From an uncultured Chloroflexia bacterium (lineage in GTDB: Bacteria > Chloroflexota > Ktedonobacteria > Ktedonobacterales > JADMIN01), in the NCBI GenBank assembly GCA_963718915.1, contig CAVRAI010000007.1, positions 90,001-122,000 of the forward strand: 32,000 nt of DNA. The letters are read 5' to 3'. This document shows positions 16,463 to 23,083 of the stretch, piece by piece (the stretch's first letter is position 1; each line of letters starts with the position of its first letter). The translations under genes were made by a program, and so were the position numbers. The notes beneath the pieces were generated by a model that searched no databases, had not been told where the DNA came from, and worked only from the letters and a program-made list of their open reading frames with translations.

Positions 16463-19122
16463 GCATCCCCCTCTGGTTTATCAGGCGTATGCAGTTCCGC
16501 CTCGACAATGCGGGAAAGTTCGGCCGCGTCGCCATAAAGTGGCGCATTCTCGAGCGCGAGGCGCAGTGCACCCAACGCTTGCAGTAGCAGGTCTTTCTGC
16601 TCCACGGTAGTCGATGCGCCGATGGATCGCTGCCAGTACGCCAGCGCCAGATGGTAAAGGACATCTGCCTGATCTGGATTTCCTCCCAGGCTGTGCACGA
16701 ACTCCACCAATGCCTCGGCGTGGCGTGCGAGACCCAGCAGCGCCTTGCCACGAACAAACGGCAATCGATACTGAACCGTCGCATCAGACTCCCTATCTAT
16801 GCACGCCTCGGCTTTGGCGCAAGCTTGCAATGCCTGCTCGTAAGCCTCCCAGCGCTCCTCGTCCTCCGGGTGTTCCTGCTCGCTCAGAGCGAGCGCAAAG
16901 TCCATCCAGTATTCCGGCTTGTTCGGAGCCATTTCGACAACGCGGCGCGCGAGCTGGAGGTGTTCTTCGGCCTGACCGATAGCGCCATACGTCTTTGCGA
17001 GACGATGCCAGAATGCCGTTTCATTCTCAGGTGTATGAGCGCGCGGGCGAGCGTCAGGCTGCGACGGCAGCCCCAGGCAATCCGCAAGCGCCCCGAGCCG
17101 CCCATGTACCTGGCGTGCTGTGGGACGCATCTCCGGATCGAGTGCGAGACAGGCAGATACAAGGTTGTCAAGCTCTTCAAGCGCTGCAGTGGCCAGCGCC
17201 GTCTCCTTCTGGGAAACATCACTTCCACTCAACAACTGCGAGAGCGGCCCATCGCTCAGCGCTTTCACCTCCGCATCGCCTAGATGCCGACTCGGCCCGC
17301 TGGCATGGGCAGCGCACCACGCGGCGAAGGGCCCGGCGGTCATCGTCAATTGCGGGTCAGGTTGGTGCGGATAGGAGGCTTGTCCGCTTACCCCGGCAAA
17401 CAACTCGAAGAGCACAACGCCGAACGCATAAACATCGCTGGCGGGTTCGACCGCCTCCATCCCCAGCCACTGCTCTGGAGGCATGTATGGAGGAGTACCT
17501 GCGACAGGTCCACGAGAGCCCATCCTTACGATGATACTTGTCGCTCCATGAAAATCTGGAGCTTTCTGCCCGGACTTCGGATAATCTCGCCCAGCAACGA
17601 ATGCGCGCGTCTGCCGCAGCCCATCTAAGTCATCGTCGGCGGAACCCTGATCGAACCGCGAATCATCGGCACGACCATATAAATTCCGTACCATTTCCAA
17701 AATGCGATAGGTGCTCGCCTCATCTTCTTTGCCCTGCTCGTTCTCGTCTCCGAGGTGCGCAAGCAGCCACACGCGCGAGAGCCCATAATCGAGAATCCGT
17801 GCTGACCAATTCGCGGCAATGAGCATGTTTTCTGGTTTGATGTCACAATGTACATTGGGCAGTGGACGCTCGTGATCTGAATCACGTGTGTGGAGCGCAT
17901 CGAGCGCCGCCACAATATCCAGCGCCCAACTGAACACGGCATCCAGAGAAAGGGTTGATGATCTGCCCGGCCCGTGCATCTGTTGTAGCTTGTCACGTAA
18001 CGAGCCTTCTGGTAGGTATTCCATCACCAGACTTGGTAGATCATCGAGCGCCGGTATCTGTACCATTTCGTCAATATGGACAATGGCCGCATGAGGCCAC
18101 AGATGAGTAGCGACCAACGCTTCCTGCTCAAAATCCGCCAGCATTGCTGCTCTTTGCTCCCTCGATGCCGAAGCAAGGCGGTCAGGGCGTACAAACTTGA
18201 TAGCGCGATATTTGCCGCCCTGCAAAGCATCGGAGCCCCACACAACTAAACCCATGCCACCACTGACTGTCCCAATTACCGTCAGATCAATCGTCGCGTA
18301 GTCTGTTAGCCTCGTGCCGACTGTTATCTCGGGGATCTGTCTTAGACGTGATTGCCGACCGTTTGCGGAGGAGCCATCGGTCTTCCCGTCGCCACCCGTT
18401 GGCTGTTCACCTGAGGGCATCTCGTCGTTAGCCCATGGGTTCGGAACCTTGGTGCGTGAAATAATCACGCCAGGATTGGGTGAGTAAAGCCTCTCAAAAG
18501 TGGAGTGTTTTTGATCTTGCTGAAGCCGACGAATCCATGATATGTCAGGCTGGGTGGGAGTCTGGATCGCCTGCTGGTCAAGCGGATCAGGATGTGATAT
18601 GTCTGGCGCACTGCTCGTGTACTCACTCGTCCCTGCGCCCGACGCGATGAAGGAAACAGGCTTCTCTTCTGGCTCATCCTCTGTGTTTTGATCTCGCTCA
18701 CTCATGCTACGGCGTTTCACACTGGATGTCGTAATCGGAGGCTCCGAGACAATCAATAGTGTTTCGACACCATCTTCTCGAAAGGGGCTGATATTAGAGC
18801 GCTCGATAGCCTCCAAATAGCGTTCGTATCCTTCATCTAGGCCGTATTGCGCCACATTGTTCCAGAGCTTGCGGTGTTCCTCGTCGGGTAGGAGGGCAGC
18901 CACGTCAGGTGCCAGGAGCGCGGGATGTGCGCGCAGATAGGCGCGCGAGACTTCCCAATCGGGCGCAGCAAGCCATTCACGGATAGCGCGCGATAGCGCA
19001 TCATGCGTGTCAGCGCCGCGCGAGGCTGCCGGAGGAGGCGCCGCCTCATTCTGCGATCCCTCAGGCGCATTATCCTGGCGTTGTTGCTGTCTCTTTGAGC
19101 GGCGTTTACCCCAATCCGGCAT
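16459..19122 (-). CDS. Ser/Thr protein kinase (Hanks-type) with C-terminal TPR-like helical repeats and a long N-terminal extension
   Basis: Gly-loop IGTVSGGMGLVVWG, YRAIKF (catalytic Lys), HCDIKPENMLI, DYG in place of DFG, GTPPYMPPE, DVYAFGVVLFEL. The C-terminal 200 aa are helical repeats (AFWHRLAKTYGAIGQAEEHLQLARRVVEMAPN...). GGAGGG lies before ATG 19122. Confidence 0.85.
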   Translation of the reverse strand: MPDWGKRRSKRQQQRQDNAPEGSQNEAAPPPAASRGADTHDALSRAIREWLAAPDWEVSRAYLRAHPALLAPDVAALLPDEEHRKLWNNVAQYGLDEGYERYLEAIERSNISPFREDGVETLLIVSEPPITTSSVKRRSMSERDQNTEDEPEEKPVSFIASGAGTSEYTSSAPDISHPDPLDQQAIQTPTQPDISWIRRLQQDQKHSTFERLYSPNPGVIISRTKVPNPWANDEMPSGEQPTGGDGKTDGSSANGRQSRLRQIPEITVGTRLTDYATIDLTVIGTVSGGMGLVVWGSDALQGGKYRAIKFVRPDRLASASREQRAAMLADFEQEALVATHLWPHAAIVHIDEMVQIPALDDLPSLVMEYLPEGSLRDKLQQMHGPGRSSTLSLDAVFSWALDIVAALDALHTRDSDHERPLPNVHCDIKPENMLIAANWSARILDYGLSRVWLLAHLGDENEQGKEDEASTYRILEMVRNLYGRADDSRFDQGSADDDLDGLRQTRAFVAGRDYPKSGQKAPDFHGATSIIVRMGSRGPVAGTPPYMPPEQWLGMEAVEPASDVYAFGVVLFELFAGVSGQASYPHQPDPQLTMTAGPFAAWCAAHASGPSRHLGDAEVKALSDGPLSQLLSGSDVSQKETALATAALEELDNLVSACLALDPEMRPTARQVHGRLGALADCLGLPSQPDARPRAHTPENETAFWHRLAKTYGAIGQAEEHLQLARRVVEMAPNKPEYWMDFALALSEQEHPEDEERWEAYEQALQACAKAEACIDRESDATVQYRLPFVRGKALLGLARHAEALVEFVHSLGGNPDQADVLYHLALAYWQRSIGASTTVEQKDLLLQALGALRLALENAPLYGDAAELSRIVEAELHTPDKPEGDA

Positions 19123-19637
19123 ACACCCTCCAGTGCTTCATGGCGAAAGTGACGCATCCTGCCATAGCTTGATAGAACCTGGGTCAGCGTGCGAAATGCG
19201 CAGGTAACACCGGGTATTACTGGTGAGCGCTTGTGACAACGCTGGGAATTTGCGCGGCTAAGCGAAGGTGATCGCCGCGGACCTGAAGCGCAAACTGAGC
19301 AATCCGGGGGATTGGTATAGTATAGGCAGTAGAGGCGGTTGATTGTCAACGTCCTCCGGATATGCAGGCTGACAATCCTGCACAGTGTCCAGCACATCGC
19401 TCAGGGCCATATCATACTGCCAATGATGGAACTATGTCACCTATACGTTTATTCCTGTATTCTCCTCCCATCCTTTATCCACAACACCCTAGATCAGCCG
19501 CCGCATCCTCGTTCCTCCAACCGTGACTGGCGCGTGTGGTCGGCGCTGTCGGCTGTGACGCATCTGTAACATCCAGGGGATATGGTGACTCTGAGCGGGT
19601 TACGACAGGCGAAAATGCCCGCTCAGAGGGAAGGAGC

Positions 19638-20156
19638 ATGAACACTATGTCGAAAGCCAGTATCACCAGAATGTGGATAGCGGGTCTGATTGTTCTCGTC
19701 GCCGGGCTTGCCATGGGAGGCATTAGCCTTGGGTTGATGCTCGCCAATGGCGGCACGTGGGTTCCGGCAGCGTCCGGGAGCGGCTCAGACTTCATTCCCA
19801 CCATCAATGGATTCTTCTGGACAACCATCGGATTCATGATTGTGGGCTTCACGATTGCTGTGGCGGGTGGCATCGTGCAGTTAGCCGCCTGGATTGGGGC
19901 GCTCGTCAACACCTATCAGATCGAGGATAAGGCGTGGTTCATCATTTTACTGGCTGGCGGTATCCTCGGACTCGTCTCTGGCCTGTTCGGCTTTGCCGCG
20001 ATGGTAGCCTATCTGGTCGCCGGGCCAGATGGTATGCCCGCGGGCCAACCACGAGTAGCGCCAGCGCCACACATGCCACAGGCGTACCCGATGCCCGCGC
20101 CGACCGCGCCGCAGCCCGTGGCGCCGCAGCCACCCGAGTACTCGATTATACGCTGA
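19638..20156 (+). CDS. Small integral membrane protein (about 4 TM) with Pro-rich C-terminal tail; hypothetical
   Basis: ATG 19638 is preceded by GGGAAGGAG. Four hydrophobic segments are followed by PAGQPRVAPAPHMPQAYPMPAPTAPQPVAPQPPEY. The track ORF starts earlier (19536), but that part lacks an RBS. Confidence 0.6.
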   Translation: MNTMSKASITRMWIAGLIVLVAGLAMGGISLGLMLANGGTWVPAASGSGSDFIPTINGFFWTTIGFMIVGFTIAVAGGIVQLAAWIGALVNTYQIEDKAWFIILLAGGILGLVSGLFGFAAMVAYLVAGPDGMPAGQPRVAPAPHMPQAYPMPAPTAPQPVAPQPPEYSIIR

Positions 20157-20435
20157 TATAGCCTCTGCCAGTCATAACGCGATTGCCTGGGCCGTAACGA
20201 CACCTGCCCTGCTGATGGCGCAATGATCCCCCAACTCACGCTAGATGAGCCTGGGATCACAAACGCCTGGGAGCCGCAAGAGGGTACGACCGCCCAGGCC
20301 GTCGCGAATGGAGGGCATCCGCGCCGTGCCACACGCGAGGATGCGTGCGGCGCCAGGATCATTGCGAGCGAGACTTCACACCGAGCGGCTCCCCAACCGC
20401 CGGGAGGTGAAGGGTGTTCCCGTCGCGATGAGGAC

Positions 20436-20464
20436 ATTATAGAACTAATGTTCTAATAGGTCAA
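20436..20464 (-). promoter_or_regulatory. Near-consensus sigma-70-type promoter (TTGACC-17 nt-TATAAT) with an AGAAC-N4-GTTCT palindrome in the spacer
   Basis: The minus strand reads TTGACC (20464-20459), tattagaacattagttc (17 nt), TATAAT (20441-20436). The perfect palindrome tAGAACtaatGTTCTa spans 20440-20455. It overlaps a second perfect palindrome, AATAGGTCAagTGACCTATT (20455-20474). Confidence 0.55.
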
Positions 20465-20625
20465 GTGACCTATTCCTCCCCTTTGCGCCGCACACTTATG
20501 TACACAAGCGGCGGCTGCCATGCATGCTATAGTTGATGATATGACAGGCGATGATTCGACGCGGACAGATGGGTAGATAGGTAGATGCGACCGGACGGGC
20601 GCCGGACAGAGAGGATGACCTACAG

Positions 20626-21402
20626 GTGAGTACTAATCAGCCGCCATCAGCGGCGCTTCAGGATCTGCGCGAGCAGGTCGCGCTCGTGACAGGCGCGAGC
20701 AGTGGCATCGGTCAGGCAGTGGCCAGGGCGCTGGCGCAACGCGGTGTGCGTGTGGCGCTGGCGGCGCGTCGGCTGGAGCGTTTGCGGGCGCTCGCCGAGG
20801 AACTGACGAGCGACGGGCAGGGAGAGGCGCTGGCGCTGGCCTGTGACGTGCGCAATCCTGAGGACGTGCGGGCGGCGGTGAAACAGGCGCTTGATCGCTG
20901 GGGCAAGCTCGATATTCTGGTTGCCAATTCCGGCTTCGGCTATCGCGCGCCGCTGGTGGATGGCGACATTACTCGCTGGAAAGACATGATCGACACCAAC
21001 GTCTACGGCCTGCTGCTCACGCTGAAATATGGCGTCGCGCCGATGCTGGAGCGCGGGCAAGGACATGTGATCGTGACGTCGTCGGTGGCGGGTCGCGTGC
21101 CAACGATGCTTGGCTCGGCCTACTGTGGCAGCAAATTCGCGGCGACGGCCATCGCGGACGTGCTGCGGCAGGAGGTCGGCCCGCGGGGTGTGCGCGTGAC
21201 GACCATCGAGCCGGGGGTCGTTATCTCCGAGTTCCAGCAGGTCGCGGACTATCCCCCCGGCATCCTCGACAACATGCTGAAGGGCGCGACACCGCTTGTC
21301 CCCGCCGACATCGCTCGCGCGGTGGTCTTCGCCATCGAGCAGCCAGCGCACTATGCCATCTCTGAGATGGTGGTACGGCCAACCGGCCAGGCGTTTCCGT
21401 AG
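20626..21402 (+). CDS. Short-chain dehydrogenase/reductase (SDR) family oxidoreductase
   Basis: VTGASSGIGQAVA cofactor motif, NSGF, and catalytic S...YCGSK. GTG start at 20626. Confidence 0.9.
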   Translation: MSTNQPPSAALQDLREQVALVTGASSGIGQAVARALAQRGVRVALAARRLERLRALAEELTSDGQGEALALACDVRNPEDVRAAVKQALDRWGKLDILVANSGFGYRAPLVDGDITRWKDMIDTNVYGLLLTLKYGVAPMLERGQGHVIVTSSVAGRVPTMLGSAYCGSKFAATAIADVLRQEVGPRGVRVTTIEPGVVISEFQQVADYPPGILDNMLKGATPLVPADIARAVVFAIEQPAHYAISEMVVRPTGQAFP

Positions 21403-21409
21403 CCACGTC

Positions 21410-21594
21410 GGCTGGCGGCTGAAGCCGCGCCTAAGGAACCTCGCTGCGCTCTGCCACAAAGCTTGCCTTCGCAGGCTCCAGACCGAGAAGATGCGCGGAC
21501 TTCCAGAACATCTCCCCGTCGGCGTGAGGTTCTGAATGAAATCCGCGCAGGCGGGTTTTGTTGTCGTAGGCCGTTCAGGCGCGGCTTACGAACG
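21410..21594 (+). repeat. Copy B (diverged) of the multi-hairpin dispersed repeat
   Basis: Same module order as copies A and C: ggctggcggctgaagccgcgcct ... ctgccacaaagcttgccttcgcaggctcc ... atccgcgcaggcgggtt ... ggccgttcaggcgcgg. Stems show compensatory changes (gcggc-tgaa-gccgc versus gcgac-tgaa-gtcgc). Starts 8 nt after the SDR stop. Confidence 0.75.
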
Positions 21595-21674
21595 TTAAGA
21601 AATACCCCCGAACAGTGTGCTAGGGCGGGCGGGCCGGAGCCTGCCAGCAAATGGGCCAGAGGGACGGGAAATTC

Positions 21675-21696
21675 GCCGTAGCGTTCACGCTACGGC
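21675..21696. terminator. Perfect 9-bp hairpin gccgtagcg-ttca-cgctacggc between convergent genes
   Basis: Read directly. Lies between the SDR (+) and prfB (-) 3' ends. Related to the hairpin at 28933-28957 (shared GCCGTAG / CTACGGC arms). Confidence 0.45.
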
Positions 21697-21805
21697 CTAC
21701 CTCGCCCGCCACAACGCGTGGTGTTCGGAAGAATATGTGAACGTTCATCAACCGCCTGCTACTGGCGGCCCAATTCCCCAATAACACACGTTGCCTTAAT
21801 CCACC

Positions 21806-22928
21806 TTACGAGGTCGCCGCGCTGAGCGCCTCGCCTGCCCGCGCGGTCAGGTTGGCCTGGATGAAGTGATCCATCTCGCCATTCAGGTAGGCGACGGTGT
21901 CGGACTGGTCGGCGCCCGTACGATGGTCTTTCACCAGCGAGTAGGGATGGATCGTCACCGTGCGAATCTGGTTGCCAAAGTCGGCCTCGACGTGCACCCC
22001 CTTGAGCCGCGCCGCCTCACGCTCGCGCTGCTCGATCTCCAGTTCGTAGAGCTTCGACTTGAGCACGCGGAGCGCCAGCTCGCGGTTCTGGATCTGCGAG
22101 CGCTCGTTCTGGCAGGTGACGACAATGCCCGTTGGCTTGTGGCGGATGCGTACGGCGGAGTCGGTCTTGTTGAGATGCTGGCCGCCCTTGCCGGTCGAGC
22201 GGAAGGTGTCCACATCCAGGTCTTCGGGCCGGATCTTGATCTCAATCGGATCCTCGCCGATATCGGGCATCACTTCAACCTTGGCGAAGGACGTCTGTCT
22301 GCGATGGGCGGCGTCGAAGGGTGAGAGGCGAATCAGCCGGTGCGCGCCCGCCTCGCCACGCAGGTAGCCGTAGGCGTACGGCCCATCCACGCTGAAGGTC
22401 GTGCTCTTGATGCCAGCTTCTTCGCCGGGCATCTCGTCCAGCAGTTCCACTTTGTAGCCGTGTGACTCCGCCCAGCGCATATAGGCGCGCTGCAGCATCT
22501 GCACCCAGTCCATCGCGTCGGTGCCGCCATTACCCGCGTGGATCGAGATGATGGCCGATTTAGCGTCGTGCGGCCCGTTGAGTAGCAGCCGGAAACGCTG
22601 CTTTTCCAGGTCTTCTTCGATCCGCACGAGCGATTCGTCGATCTCGCCCTCGAGCTGGCTATCTGGATCACTCTCGAGCAGTTCGGTCAGTTCGTGGAGT
22701 TCGGCGAGGCGCGCGTCGAGCGATTCCCAGACAAACACCTCGTCACGCAGGCGGCTCATCGTCTGCATCTGTCGCTGCGCATGCACACGGTCGCCGTAGA
22801 AATCAGGCGCGAGCGACTCTTCCTCGATAGCCGCTATCTGCTGCTTTTTGGCAGCGAGGTCAAAGATACACCGTTATTTCATACACCCGGCGTTGTAGTG
22901 CTTCGATGCGGGTCATTAGTTCACTCAT
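21806..22928 (-). CDS. prfB: Peptide chain release factor 2, with programmed +1 ribosomal frameshift (frame 0: 22928-22863; +1 frame: 22861-21806)
   Basis: The main ORF has the SPF tripeptide (RLSPFD) and GGQ (STGKGGQHLNKT). Upstream I read ATG AGT GAA CTA ATG ACC CGC ATC GAA GCA CTA CAA CGC CGG GTG TAT GAA ATA ACG GTG TAT CTT TGA C. This 22-codon frame-0 leader ends in the classical TAT CTT TGA C shift site and continues in +1 as DLAAKKQQIAAIEEESLAPDFYGDR... Confidence 0.9.
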
Positions 22929-22935
22929 ACCGCAC

Positions 22936-22965
22936 ATTCTATGTGGCGAAGACAGGTAGCGTCAA
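22936..22965 (-). promoter_or_regulatory. Putative prfB promoter TTGACG-18 nt-TAGAAT, placing the transcription start at or next to the ATG (leaderless)
   Basis: Minus strand: TTGACG (22965-22960), 18-nt spacer, TAGAAT (22941-22936), then only gtgcggt (7 nt) before ATG 22928. No Shine-Dalgarno sequence. Confidence 0.5.
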
Positions 22966-23083
22966 GCGCTATGCTATACTGAGAGCGTGTTTGGCAGTGA
23001 CGTGAGTGGCATTGTCTATTCACGAATCACCGTCCAGTGCTACATTACGCCTGCCGCACCCCCTAGAAAGAGCGTGGGCACGG

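Noticed and set aside
20009-20437. 142-aa minus-strand ORF, and 77-aa plus-strand ORF 20223-20456, in the gap between the membrane-protein and SDR genes.
   Set aside because: The minus ORF starts inside the -10 box of the only plausible promoter and overlaps the membrane-protein gene. Neither ORF has an RBS, and composition and codon bias look non-coding. I treated the region as a candidate RNA or regulatory region instead.
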